Shown: in pieces, positions 25,243 to 43,476 of the stretch
Numbering within the stretch: position 1 is the first letter of the stretch
Layout: every line of letters begins with the position of its first letter
Assembly (NCBI RefSeq): GCF_044324785.1
Contig: NZ_CP172127.1
Reading direction: 5' to 3' (one strand)
DNA: 64,000 nt
Source of the DNA: Escherichia coli
GTDB taxonomy: Bacteria; Pseudomonadota; Gammaproteobacteria; Enterobacterales; Enterobacteriaceae
Position numbers and translations under genes: made by a program
The notes under the pieces: generated by a model
Database searches by the model: none
Seen by the model: only the letters and a program-made list of their open reading frames with translations
What the model was told of the DNA's origin: nothing

Positions 25243-25965
25243 TCACTTATTCTGCGTGTGCAGCATATAGTTCACATCGACGCCGGGGCCGAGTTTAAAG
25301 GAACTAGTGATCGGGTTGTAATGCAGCCCAGTGATATGCCGCTCTTTTAAACTGGTCTGATCCACCCAGCCCAGCAGTTCTGCCGGTTTTATAAATTTCT
25401 TCACGTCGTGCGTACCTTTGGGCACCATGCGCAAAATATATTCCGCGCCAACCACCGCCATCAGCCATGACTTGCCGTTGCGGTTAAGCGTCGAGAAAAA
25501 GACATCGCCGCCCGGTTTCACCAGTTGCGCACAGGCTCTGACCACTGACTGCGGATCGGGGACGTGCTCCAGCATCTCCATGCAGGTCACCACATCATAC
25601 TGCCCGGCATGTTTTGCCGCGTGCTCTTCCACGGTTTCCTGCACGTAATCCACCTGAATGCCACTTTCCAGCGCGTGCAACTTTGCCACCTGCAATGGCT
25701 CAAAGCCCATATCCAGACCGGTCACCGTCGCGCCTTCCCGCGCCATGCTCTCGGCCAGAATGCCGCCGCCACAACCGACATCGAGCACCTTTTTGCCAAA
25801 TAAACCGCCAGCACGCTCGGCAATATAGCCCAGACGCAGCGGGTTAATGCGGTGCAGCGGTTTGAACTCACCTTCAAGATCCCACCAGCGGGAGGCGACG
25901 GCTTCAAATTTAGCGATCTCTTCGTGGTCTACGTTATGGTTTACCGGCGATTTTTCGGCATTCAT
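25243..25965 (-). CDS. ubiG: Bifunctional 3-demethylubiquinone-9 3-O-methyltransferase
   Basis: SAM-binding motif [12 protein letters not shown]; start placed at [11 protein letters not shown] giving 240 aa. Confidence 0.9.
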   Translation of the reverse strand: MNAEKSPVNHNVDHEEIAKFEAVASRWWDLEGEFKPLHRINPLRLGYIAERAGGLFGKKVLDVGCGGGILAESMAREGATVTGLDMGFEPLQVAKLHALESGIQVDYVQETVEEHAAKHAGQYDVVTCMEMLEHVPDPQSVVRACAQLVKPGGDVFFSTLNRNGKSWLMAVVGAEYILRMVPKGTHDVKKFIKPAELLGWVDQTSLKERHITGLHYNPITSSFKLGPGVDVNYMLHTQNK

Positions 25966-26111
25966 TGGCACTTCTACTCCGTAATTGGCAAGACAAACGA
26001 GTATATCAGGCATTGGATGTGAATAAAGCGTATAGGTTTACCTCAAACTGCGCGGCTGTGTTATAATTTGCGACCTTTGAATCCGGGATACAGTAGAGGG
26101 ATAGCGGTTAG

Positions 26112-28739
26112 ATGAGCGACCTTGCGAGAGAAATTACACCGGTCAACATTGAGGAAGAGCTGAAGAGCTCCTATCTGGATTATGCGATGTCGGTCATTGT
26201 TGGCCGTGCGCTGCCAGATGTCCGAGATGGCCTGAAGCCGGTACACCGTCGCGTACTTTACGCCATGAACGTACTAGGCAATGACTGGAACAAAGCCTAT
26301 AAAAAATCTGCCCGTGTCGTTGGTGACGTAATCGGTAAATACCATCCCCATGGTGACTTGGCGGTTTATGACACGATCGTCCGTATGGCGCAGCCATTCT
26401 CGCTGCGTTACATGCTGGTAGACGGTCAGGGTAACTTCGGTTCCATCGACGGCGACTCTGCGGCGGCAATGCGTTATACGGAAATCCGTCTGGCGAAAAT
26501 TGCCCATGAACTGATGGCCGATCTCGAAAAAGAGACGGTCGATTTCGTTGATAACTATGACGGCACGGAAAAAATTCCCGACGTCATGCCAACCAAAATT
26601 CCTAACCTGCTGGTGAACGGTTCTTCCGGTATCGCCGTAGGTATGGCGACCAACATCCCGCCGCACAACCTGACGGAAGTCATCAACGGTTGTCTGGCGT
26701 ATATCGATGATGAAGACATCAGCATTGAAGGGCTGATGGAACACATTCCTGGGCCGGACTTCCCGACGGCGGCAATCATTAATGGTCGTCGCGGTATTGA
26801 AGAAGCTTACCGTACCGGTCGCGGCAAGGTATATATCCGCGCCCGTGCTGAAGTGGAAGTTGACGCCAAAACCGGACGTGAAACCATTATCGTCCACGAA
26901 ATTCCGTATCAGGTGAACAAAGCGCGCCTGATCGAGAAGATTGCGGAACTGGTAAAAGAAAAACGCGTGGAAGGCATCAGCGCGCTGCGTGACGAGTCTG
27001 ACAAAGACGGTATGCGCATCGTGATTGAAGTGAAACGCGATGCGGTCGGTGAAGTTGTGCTTAACAACCTCTACTCCCAGACCCAGTTGCAGGTTTCTTT
27101 CGGTATCAACATGGTGGCATTGCACCATGGTCAGCCGAAGATCATGAACCTGAAAGACATCATCGCGGCGTTTGTTCGTCACCGCCGTGAAGTGGTGACT
27201 CGTCGTACTATTTTCGAACTGCGTAAAGCTCGCGATCGTGCTCATATCCTTGAAGCATTAGCCGTGGCGCTGGCGAACATCGACCCGATCATCGAACTGA
27301 TCCGTCATGCGCCGACGCCTGCAGAAGCGAAAACTGCGCTGGTTGCTAATCCGTGGCAGTTGGGCAACGTTGCCGCCATGCTCGAACGTGCGGGCGATGA
27401 TGCTGCGCGTCCGGAATGGCTGGAACCAGAATTCGGCGTGCGTGACGGTCTGTACTACCTGACCGAACAGCAAGCTCAGGCGATTCTGGATCTGCGTTTG
27501 CAGAAACTGACCGGTCTTGAGCACGAAAAACTGCTCGACGAATACAAAGAGCTGCTGGATCAGATCGCAGAACTGCTGCGTATTCTTGGCAGTGCCGATC
27601 GTCTGATGGAAGTGATCCGCGAAGAGCTGGAACTGGTTCGTGAACAGTTCGGTGACAAACGTCGTACTGAAATTACTGCCAACAGCGCCGACATCAACCT
27701 GGAAGATCTGATCACCCAGGAAGATGTGGTCGTGACGCTCTCTCACCAGGGCTACGTGAAGTATCAGCCGCTTTCTGAATACGAAGCGCAGCGTCGTGGC
27801 GGGAAAGGTAAATCTGCCGCACGTATTAAAGAAGAAGACTTTATTGACCGACTGCTGGTGGCGAACACCCACGACCATATTCTGTGCTTCTCCAGCCGTG
27901 GTCGCGTCTATTCGATGAAAGTCTATCAGTTGCCGGAAGCCACTCGTGGCGCGCGCGGTCGTCCGATCGTCAACCTGCTGCCGCTGGAGCAGGACGAACG
28001 TATCACTGCGATCCTGCCGGTGACCGAGTTTGAAGAAGGCGTGAAAGTCTTCATGGCGACCGCTAACGGTACCGTGAAGAAAACTGTCCTCACCGAATTC
28101 AACCGTCTGCGTACCGCCGGTAAAGTGGCGATCAAACTGGTTGACGGCGATGAGCTGATCGGCGTTGACCTGACCAGCGGTGAAGACGAAGTGATGCTGT
28201 TCTCCGCCGAAGGTAAAGTGGTGCGCTTTAAAGAGTCTTCTGTCCGTGCGATGGGCTGCAACACCACCGGTGTTCGCGGTATTCGCTTAGGTGAAGGCGA
28301 TAAAGTCGTCTCTCTGATCGTGCCGCGTGGCGATGGCGCAATCCTCACCGCAACGCAAAACGGTTACGGTAAACGTACCGCGGTGGCGGAATACCCAACC
28401 AAGTCGCGTGCGACGAAAGGGGTTATCTCCATTAAGGTTACTGAACGTAACGGTTTAGTGGTTGGCGCGGTACAGGTAGATGATTGCGATCAGATCATGA
28501 TGATCACCGATGCCGGTACGCTGGTACGTACTCGCGTTTCGGAAATCAGCATCGTAGGCCGTAACACCCAGGGCGTGATCCTCATCCGTACTGCGGAAGA
28601 TGAAAACGTAGTGGGTCTGCAACGTGTTGCTGAACCGGTTGACGAGGAAGATCTGGACACCATCGATGGCAGTGCCGCGGAAGGGGACGATGAAATCGCT
28701 CCGGAAGTGGACGTTGACGACGAGCCAGAAGAAGAATAA
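26112..28739 (+). CDS. gyrA: DNA gyrase subunit A, with Leu at codon 83
   Basis: 875-aa ORF starting [56 protein letters not shown] reads [13 protein letters not shown]; acidic C-terminal tail. Confidence 0.95.
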   Translation: MSDLAREITPVNIEEELKSSYLDYAMSVIVGRALPDVRDGLKPVHRRVLYAMNVLGNDWNKAYKKSARVVGDVIGKYHPHGDLAVYDTIVRMAQPFSLRYMLVDGQGNFGSIDGDSAAAMRYTEIRLAKIAHELMADLEKETVDFVDNYDGTEKIPDVMPTKIPNLLVNGSSGIAVGMATNIPPHNLTEVINGCLAYIDDEDISIEGLMEHIPGPDFPTAAIINGRRGIEEAYRTGRGKVYIRARAEVEVDAKTGRETIIVHEIPYQVNKARLIEKIAELVKEKRVEGISALRDESDKDGMRIVIEVKRDAVGEVVLNNLYSQTQLQVSFGINMVALHHGQPKIMNLKDIIAAFVRHRREVVTRRTIFELRKARDRAHILEALAVALANIDPIIELIRHAPTPAEAKTALVANPWQLGNVAAMLERAGDDAARPEWLEPEFGVRDGLYYLTEQQAQAILDLRLQKLTGLEHEKLLDEYKELLDQIAELLRILGSADRLMEVIREELELVREQFGDKRRTEITANSADINLEDLITQEDVVVTLSHQGYVKYQPLSEYEAQRRGGKGKSAARIKEEDFIDRLLVANTHDHILCFSSRGRVYSMKVYQLPEATRGARGRPIVNLLPLEQDERITAILPVTEFEEGVKVFMATANGTVKKTVLTEFNRLRTAGKVAIKLVDGDELIGVDLTSGEDEVMLFSAEGKVVRFKESSVRAMGCNTTGVRGIRLGEGDKVVSLIVPRGDGAILTATQNGYGKRTAVAEYPTKSRATKGVISIKVTERNGLVVGAVQVDDCDQIMMITDAGTLVRTRVSEISIVGRNTQGVILIRTAEDENVVGLQRVAEPVDEEDLDTIDGSAAEGDDEIAPEVDVDDEPEEE

Positions 28740-28886
28740 TTTTACTTCTTCATGCCAAAAGGGAGCTATCTCCCTTGTTTGAATTGAAAAGTCCAGGCTG
28801 CAAAGTCTGGGCTTTTGTCGTATTAGGGCACGGTAAAGTTTGGCTGTGCCCGAAAAAATGGCTGGCTATACACAAGGAATGTGGCA

Positions 28887-35733
<6,847 letters not shown>

Positions 35734-37383
35734 GTGAACTGGCGCAGAATCGTCTGGCTATTGGCGTTGGTTACTCTGCCAACGCTTGCGGAGGAGACGC
35801 CGTTACAACTGGCACTGCGTGGTGCGCAGCACGATCAACTGTATCAGCTGTCGTCATCAGGCGTGACCAAAGCCTCGACATTACCTGACTCGCTCACCAC
35901 GCCGTTAGGGAGTTTGTGGAAACTGTATGTTTACGCCTGGCTGGAGGATACCCATCAACCGGAGCAGCCCTACCAGTGTCGCGGAAACTCCCCGGAAGAG
36001 GTTTATTGTTGTCAGGCTGGGGAGAGTATAACGCGCGATACCGCGCTGGTACGTTCCTGTGGGCTCTATTTTGCGCCGCAGCGGTTGCATATTGGCGCAG
36101 ATGTGTGGGGGCAATACTGGCAACAGCGTCAGGCACCTGCGTGGTTAGCGTCTCTTACTACGCTGAAGCCAGAAACCTCGGTAACGGTTAAATCGCTGCT
36201 TGATTCATTAGCGACGTTACCTGCGCAAAACAAAGCTCAGGAAGTCTTACTGGATGTGGTGCTGGACGAGGCGAAAATCGGTGTCGCATCCATGCTCGGT
36301 AGTCGGGTACGGGTGAAAACCTGGAGCTGGTTTGCCGATAATAAACAGGAAATCCGTCAGGGTGGTTTTGCCGGCTGGTTAACCGATGGTACACCGCTGT
36401 GGGTGACTGGCAGCGGCACCAGCAAAACGGTACTAACCCGTTATGCGACGGTGCTTAATCGAGTTTTGCCAGTGCCGACGCAGGTTGCCAGTGGGCAATG
36501 TGTAGAGGTGGAGCTGTTTGCCCGCTATCCGCTGAAGAAAATCACAGCGGAAAAGAGTACGACGGCAGTAAAACCCGGCGTACTTAATGGGCGCTATCGT
36601 GTGACGTTTACTAATGGTAACCACATTACGTTTGTCAGCCACGGTGAGACGACCTTACTGAGCGAAAAGGGCAAACTGAAATTGCAGTCGCATCTCGATC
36701 GTGAAGAGTACGTTGCCAGAGTTCTGGATCGCGAGGCGAAAAGTACGCCACCTGAGGCAGCGAAAGCCATGACCGTGGCGATTCGCACTTTTTTACAGCA
36801 AAACGCCAATCGGGAAGGCGATTGCCTGACCATCCCCGACAGCAGCGCCACGCAGCGTGTTTCTGCTTCGCCAGCTACCACGGGGGCGCGAACGATGACC
36901 GCCTGGACGCAGGATCTTATCTATGCGGGCGATCCGGTTCATTATCATGGCAGTCGCGCTACCGAAGGGACGCTTTCCTGGCGGCAAGCCACGGCCCAGG
37001 CGGGGCAGGGAGAGCGTTACGATCAGATACTCGCGTTTGCTTATCCCGACAATAGCCTTAGCCGCTGGGGAGCGCCACGCTCAACCTGCCAGTTATTACC
37101 CAAAGCGAAAGCCTGGCTGGCGAAAAAAATGCCGCAGTGGCGGCGTATGTTACAAGGCGAGATGGGGTACAACGAACCAGACGTGTTTGCGGTCTGTCGT
37201 TTAGTCTCAGGTTTCCCCTATACCGATCGGCAGCAGAAACGGCTGTTTATTCGTAACTTCTTTACGCTTCAGGATCGGCTGGATTTAACCCATGAGTATC
37301 TGCACCTGGCCTTTGATGGTTATCCCACCGGGCTTGATGAGAACTATATCGAAACGCTGACCCGACAATTATTAATGGACTAA
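35734..37383 (+). CDS. yfaQ: YfaQ-family protein (DUF-only, secreted)
   Basis: 549-aa ORF with GTG start one nucleotide after the yfaS stop; signal peptide MNWRRIVWLLALVTLPTLA. Confidence 0.75.
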   Translation: MNWRRIVWLLALVTLPTLAEETPLQLALRGAQHDQLYQLSSSGVTKASTLPDSLTTPLGSLWKLYVYAWLEDTHQPEQPYQCRGNSPEEVYCCQAGESITRDTALVRSCGLYFAPQRLHIGADVWGQYWQQRQAPAWLASLTTLKPETSVTVKSLLDSLATLPAQNKAQEVLLDVVLDEAKIGVASMLGSRVRVKTWSWFADNKQEIRQGGFAGWLTDGTPLWVTGSGTSKTVLTRYATVLNRVLPVPTQVASGQCVEVELFARYPLKKITAEKSTTAVKPGVLNGRYRVTFTNGNHITFVSHGETTLLSEKGKLKLQSHLDREEYVARVLDREAKSTPPEAAKAMTVAIRTFLQQNANREGDCLTIPDSSATQRVSASPATTGARTMTAWTQDLIYAGDPVHYHGSRATEGTLSWRQATAQAGQGERYDQILAFAYPDNSLSRWGAPRSTCQLLPKAKAWLAKKMPQWRRMLQGEMGYNEPDVFAVCRLVSGFPYTDRQQKRLFIRNFFTLQDRLDLTHEYLHLAFDGYPTGLDENYIETLTRQLLMD

Positions 37384-37387
37384 TGCT

Positions 37388-38164
37388 ATGCGAAAGATTT
37401 TTCTTCCGTTGTTACTGGTGGCGCTTTCGCCTGTTGCCCATGGCGAAGGTGTGCAGGAAGTCGAGATTGATGCACCGCTCTCTGGCTGGCATCCGGCAGA
37501 GGGTGAAGATGCCAGTTTTTCACAATCGATCAATTACCCGGCGTCGTCCGTCAACATGGCAGATGATCAAAATATCTCAGCGCAGATCCGCGGCAAAATA
37601 AAGAATTATGCTGCGGCGGGTAAAGTTCAGCAGGGCCGGCTGGTGGTCAACGGTGCCAGTATGCCGCAGAGAATTGAATCCGATGGTTCTTTTGCGCGCC
37701 CTTATATTTTTACTGAAGGCAGCAACAGCGTGCAGGTCATCAGCCCGGATGGGCAAAGCCGACAAAAAATGCAGTTTTACTCAACGCCGGGTGCTGGAGT
37801 GATCCGCGCGCGTTTACGGCTGGTTCTCTCCTGGGATACGGACAATACCGACCTCGATCTTCACGTTGTCACACCTGATGGCGAACACGCTTGGTACGGT
37901 AACACCGTGCTGAAAAACAGTGGTGCACTGGATATGGATGTCACGACGGGGTATGGACCCGAGATTTTCGCCATGCCAGCGCCAGTTCACGGGCGCTATC
38001 AGGTGTATATCAACTACTATGGTGGGCGCAGCGAAACGGAATTGACGACCGCCCAACTGACGCTGATTACCGATGAAGGATCGGTCAATGAGAAACAGGA
38101 AACTTTCATTGTACCGATGCGTAATGCTGGCGAGTTGACGCTGGTGAAAAGTTTTGACTGGTGA
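37388..38164 (+). CDS. yfaP: YfaP-family protein (DUF-only, secreted)
   Basis: 258-aa ORF with signal peptide MRKIFLPLLLVALSPVAHG; last gene of the operon. Confidence 0.75.
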   Translation: MRKIFLPLLLVALSPVAHGEGVQEVEIDAPLSGWHPAEGEDASFSQSINYPASSVNMADDQNISAQIRGKIKNYAAAGKVQQGRLVVNGASMPQRIESDGSFARPYIFTEGSNSVQVISPDGQSRQKMQFYSTPGAGVIRARLRLVLSWDTDNTDLDLHVVTPDGEHAWYGNTVLKNSGALDMDVTTGYGPEIFAMPAPVHGRYQVYINYYGGRSETELTTAQLTLITDEGSVNEKQETFIVPMRNAGELTLVKSFDW

Positions 38165-38438
38165 GCCATCCTTTCACACAACCTGGCTCTCTCTTTTTTC
38201 AGATAAGACTGCTGGGCGATCTGCCGACGCCAGGATATAACCATTAACAAGCGTCGGCAGATTGGTCATTTCTTGTTGTTCGTACGGAAAACTGTCCATT
38301 TACTCCGGCTTTCCTGATTAAGGCAATGGTTTCTAAGCGATACGCATTATTGCAATGGTGACAGAACATTGCGGTAACACGCTTTTACCGCTACCTTAAC
38401 CACACTCCATCGGTCACCTGAGGCGGAGCTTCGCCCCT

Positions 38439-41288
38439 TTGAAATACCTTGCTTCTTTTCGTACAACCCTGAAAGCCTCGCGCTACATGTTCAGAGCATT
38501 GGCGTTAGTGCTCTGGCTGTTGATTGCTTTTTCATCCGTTTTTTACATCGTTAATGCGTTACATCAGCGAGAATCGGAAATTCGTCAGGAATTTAATCTG
38601 AGTTCCGATCAGGCTCAGCGCTTTATTCAACGCACCTCTGATGTGATGAAAGAGCTGAAGTACATCGCCGAAAATCGCTTATCGGCAGAAAACGGTGTGC
38701 TTTCCCCGCGTGGACGAGAAACGCAGACGGATGTGCCTGCGTTTGAACCGCTGTTTGCTGACTCTGATTGTTCCGCAATGAGTAACACCTGGCGAGGTTC
38801 TTTGGAGTCATTGGCGTGGTTTATGCGCTACTGGCGCGATAATTTTTCTGCGGCTTACGATCTCAACCGGGTATTTTTAATCGGCAGCGATAACCTCTGC
38901 ATGGCCAATTTCGGTCTGCGTGATATGCCAGTGGAACGCGATACCGCGTTGAAAGCGTTGCATGAACGCATCAATAAATATCGAAATGCACCACAAGACG
39001 ATAGCGGCAGTAACCTCTACTGGATCAGCGAAGGTCCGCGCCCTGGCGTCGGGTATTTTTACGCGTTGACGCCAGTTTATCTGGCGAACCGGTTGCAGGC
39101 GCTTTTGGGTGTCGAGCAGACCATCCGGATGGAGAACTTTTTCTTACCTGGTACGTTGCCGATGGGGGTTACCATTCTTGATGAAAATGGTCATACCCTG
39201 ATTTCGCTTACCGGACCAGAAAGCAAAATTAAGGGCGATCCTCGCTGGATGCAGGAACGCTCCTGGTTTGGCTATACGGAAGGTTTCCGGGAGCTGGTGC
39301 TGAAGAAAAATCTGCCACCCTCATCGCTAAGCATCGTGTATTCGGTGCCGGTTGATAAGGTGCTGGAACGCATTCGCATGTTGATCCTTAACGCAATTTT
39401 GCTGAATGTGCTTGCCGGAGCTGCATTGTTTACTCTCGCGCGGATGTACGAGCGACGTATTTTCATTCCGGCGGAAAGCGATGCCCTGCGGCTGGAAGAA
39501 CATGAGCAGTTTAATCGCAAGATTGTCGCCTCCGCGCCAGTAGGTATCTGCATTTTACGTACCGCTGATGGCGTCAATATTTTAAGTAACGAACTGGCGC
39601 ATACCTATCTCAATATGCTTACGCATGAGGATCGCCAACGACTGACGCAAATTATCTGTGGGCAGCAGGTCAATTTTGTTGATGTCCTGACCAGCAACAA
39701 TACCAATCTGCAAATCAGCTTCGTCCATTCGCGCTATCGTAATGAAAACGTGGCCATTTGTGTGCTGGTGGATGTTTCTTCGCGCGTGAAGATGGAAGAG
39801 TCGTTGCAGGAGATGGCACAAGCAGCGGAACAGGCGAGCCAGTCAAAATCGATGTTCCTTGCCACCGTCAGTCATGAGCTGCGAACGCCGCTGTATGGCA
39901 TTATCGGTAACCTGGATCTGTTGCAAACCAAAGAGTTACCGAAAGGCGTCGATCGTCTGGTGACGGCAATGAACAACTCTTCCAGCCTGTTGTTGAAAAT
40001 TATCAGCGATATTCTCGATTTCTCGAAAATTGAATCAGAACAGTTGAAGATCGAACCGCGTGAGTTTTCACCGCGTGAAGTGATGAACCACATCACCGCC
40101 AACTATTTACCGCTGGTGGTACGCAAGCAGCTAGGCTTGTACTGCTTTATTGAACCGGATGTGCCAGTGGCCTTAAATGGCGACCCGATGCGTTTACAGC
40201 AGGTCATCTCCAACCTGTTGAGTAACGCCATAAAATTCACCGATACCGGCTGTATAGTTTTGCATGTTCGCGCTGATGGCGATTATCTCTCTATCCGTGT
40301 TCGCGATACCGGCGTGGGGATTCCGGCGAAAGAAGTGGTGCGCTTGTTTGATCCCTTCTTCCAGGTCGGAACGGGCGTACAGCGTAACTTCCAGGGGACC
40401 GGTCTGGGGCTGGCGATTTGTGAAAAACTGATCAGCATGATGGACGGCGACATCTCGGTAGATTCAGAACCGGGAATGGGCAGCCAGTTTACCGTGCGTA
40501 TTCCGTTGTACGGCGCTCAGTACCCGCAGAAAAAAGGCGTGGAAGGGTTGAGTGGTAAACGCTGCTGGCTGGCGGTCCGCAATGCGTCGCTCTGTCAGTT
40601 CCTGGAAACCAGTTTGCAGCGCAGCGGCATCGTCGTTACAACATACGAAGGGCAGGAACCGACTCCCGAAGATGTGTTAATCACTGACGAGGTAGTGAGC
40701 CAAAAATGGCAGGGTAGAGCGGTAGTGACCTTCTGTCGTCGCCATATTGGTATTCCGCTGGAGAAAGCGCCAGGGGAGTGGGTACACAGTGTGGCTGCCC
40801 CGCATGAGCTACCGGCATTGTTGGCGCGTATTTATTTGATCGAGATGGAGAGCGATGATCCTGCTAACGCTCTGCCGTCGACGGACAAAGCGGTCAGCGA
40901 TAACGACGATATGATGATTCTGGTCGTGGATGATCATCCGATTAACCGGCGTCTTCTGGCAGATCAGTTGGGATCGTTGGGCTATCAATGTAAAACCGCG
41001 AATGATGGCGTCGATGCGCTTAATGTACTTAGCAAGAATCATATTGATATCGTGCTTAGCGACGTCAACATGCCAAATATGGATGGTTACCGCTTGACGC
41101 AACGCATTCGTCAGTTGGGACTGACGTTGCCGGTAATCGGAGTAACTGCTAATGCGTTGGCTGAAGAGAAGCAGCGGTGTCTGGAGTCCGGTATGGACAG
41201 CTGCCTGTCGAAGCCGGTAACGCTGGATGTGATAAAACAGACGCTGACGGTATATGCCGAGAGGGTCAGGAAATCGCGGGAATCGTAG
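38439..41288 (+). CDS. rcsC: Rcs phosphorelay hybrid sensor histidine kinase
   Basis: 949-aa ORF with two TM segments, HisKA (SHELRTP), HATPase and C-terminal receiver (VVDDHPINRRLLADQL...DVNMPNMDG). Confidence 0.9.
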   Translation: MKYLASFRTTLKASRYMFRALALVLWLLIAFSSVFYIVNALHQRESEIRQEFNLSSDQAQRFIQRTSDVMKELKYIAENRLSAENGVLSPRGRETQTDVPAFEPLFADSDCSAMSNTWRGSLESLAWFMRYWRDNFSAAYDLNRVFLIGSDNLCMANFGLRDMPVERDTALKALHERINKYRNAPQDDSGSNLYWISEGPRPGVGYFYALTPVYLANRLQALLGVEQTIRMENFFLPGTLPMGVTILDENGHTLISLTGPESKIKGDPRWMQERSWFGYTEGFRELVLKKNLPPSSLSIVYSVPVDKVLERIRMLILNAILLNVLAGAALFTLARMYERRIFIPAESDALRLEEHEQFNRKIVASAPVGICILRTADGVNILSNELAHTYLNMLTHEDRQRLTQIICGQQVNFVDVLTSNNTNLQISFVHSRYRNENVAICVLVDVSSRVKMEESLQEMAQAAEQASQSKSMFLATVSHELRTPLYGIIGNLDLLQTKELPKGVDRLVTAMNNSSSLLLKIISDILDFSKIESEQLKIEPREFSPREVMNHITANYLPLVVRKQLGLYCFIEPDVPVALNGDPMRLQQVISNLLSNAIKFTDTGCIVLHVRADGDYLSIRVRDTGVGIPAKEVVRLFDPFFQVGTGVQRNFQGTGLGLAICEKLISMMDGDISVDSEPGMGSQFTVRIPLYGAQYPQKKGVEGLSGKRCWLAVRNASLCQFLETSLQRSGIVVTTYEGQEPTPEDVLITDEVVSQKWQGRAVVTFCRRHIGIPLEKAPGEWVHSVAAPHELPALLARIYLIEMESDDPANALPSTDKAVSDNDDMMILVVDDHPINRRLLADQLGSLGYQCKTANDGVDALNVLSKNHIDIVLSDVNMPNMDGYRLTQRIRQLGLTLPVIGVTANALAEEKQRCLESGMDSCLSKPVTLDVIKQTLTVYAERVRKSRES

Positions 41289-41830
41289 GACGGATAAGGC
41301 GTTTACTGAACTGCACCCCAAATGTTGGACATAATCTGACATCTGAAGGTGCAGTTTATGAAACATTCATTTGAAGTAAAACTTGCCGCTGTAAATCATT
41401 ACCTGGCTGGTCATGCAGGCATCATTTCTACGGCAAAACTCTTTCAACTTTCTCACACCAGCCTCTCACACTGGATTAATCTTTTTCTTCTTCACGGTCC
41501 TCGGGCACTGGATTGCAGACACAAGCGTAGCTATTCTCCTGAAGATAAACTTTGCGTGGTTCTTTATGCTCTCGGGCATTCTGAGTCTCTACCCCGGGTA
41601 GCTGCCCGGTTTAACATTCCCAGCCACAACACGGTTAAAAACTGGATAAAAGGCTACCGCAAATCTGGTAATGAGGCCTTTATCAGGCGCAGGAAGGAGA
41701 AAAGCATGACCCGTTCTGATGATACCCATGAAAACGAGGCAAACATGACGCCGGAAGAGATGAAGAATGAGCTGCGTTATCTTCGCGCAGAAAATGCATA
41801 TCTGAAAGCCATGCAGGAGCATCTCCTGGA

Positions 41831-42806
<976 letters not shown>

Positions 42807-42809
42807 TGA

Positions 42810-43460
42810 TTAGTCTTTATCTGCCGGACTTAAGGTCACAGAAGAGAGATAATTCAGCAGAGCAATATCGTTCTCGACACCCAGCTTCATCATTGCAGAT
42901 TTCTTCTGGCTACTGATGGTTTTGATACTGCGGTTCAGCTTTTTAGCGATCTCGGTCACCAGGAAACCTTCCGCAAACAGGCGCAGCACTTCACTCTCTT
43001 TTGGCGAGAGACGCTTGTCACCGTAACCTCCAGCACTGATTTTTTCCAACAGGCGAGAAACGCTTTCCGGGGTAAATTTCTTCCCTTTCTGCAGCGCGGC
43101 GAGAGCTTTCGGCAGATCGGTCGGTGCACCTTGTTTCAGCACGATCCCTTCGATATCCAGATCCAATACCGCACTAAGAATCGCCGGGTTGTTGTTCATG
43201 GTCAGAACGATGATCGACAGGCTTGGGAAATGGCGCTTGATGTACTTGATTAAGGTAATGCCATCGCCGTACTTATCGCCAGGCATGGAGAGATCGGTAA
43301 TCAACACATGCGCATCCAGTTTCGGCAGGTTGTTGATCAGTGCTGTAGAGTCTTCAAATTCGCCGACAACATTCACCCACTCAATTTGCTCAAGTGATTT
43401 GCGAATACCGAACAAGACTATCGGATGGTCATCGGCAATAATTACGTTCATATTGTTCAT
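42810..43460 (-). CDS. rcsB: Rcs phosphorelay response regulator (LuxR/FixJ family)
   Basis: Start placed at MNNMNVIIADDHPIV giving 216 aa; receiver domain plus C-terminal LuxR HTH. Confidence 0.9.
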   Translation of the reverse strand: MNNMNVIIADDHPIVLFGIRKSLEQIEWVNVVGEFEDSTALINNLPKLDAHVLITDLSMPGDKYGDGITLIKYIKRHFPSLSIIVLTMNNNPAILSAVLDLDIEGIVLKQGAPTDLPKALAALQKGKKFTPESVSRLLEKISAGGYGDKRLSPKESEVLRLFAEGFLVTEIAKKLNRSIKTISSQKKSAMMKLGVENDIALLNYLSSVTLSPADKD

Positions 43461-43476
43461 GTAATAGGCTACCTTG

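Noticed and set aside
26370..26372. Possible second QRDR mutation at gyrA codon 87
   Set aside because: Codon is GAC (Asp), wild type.
26274..27245. 323-aa ORF on the minus strand inside gyrA
   Set aside because: Antisense to gyrA, with no start context or domain signature.
38017..38250. 77-aa minus-strand ORF considered as a possible atoS remnant
   Set aside because: Its translation does not resemble AtoS, and it overlaps the 3' end of yfaP. Treated as spurious.
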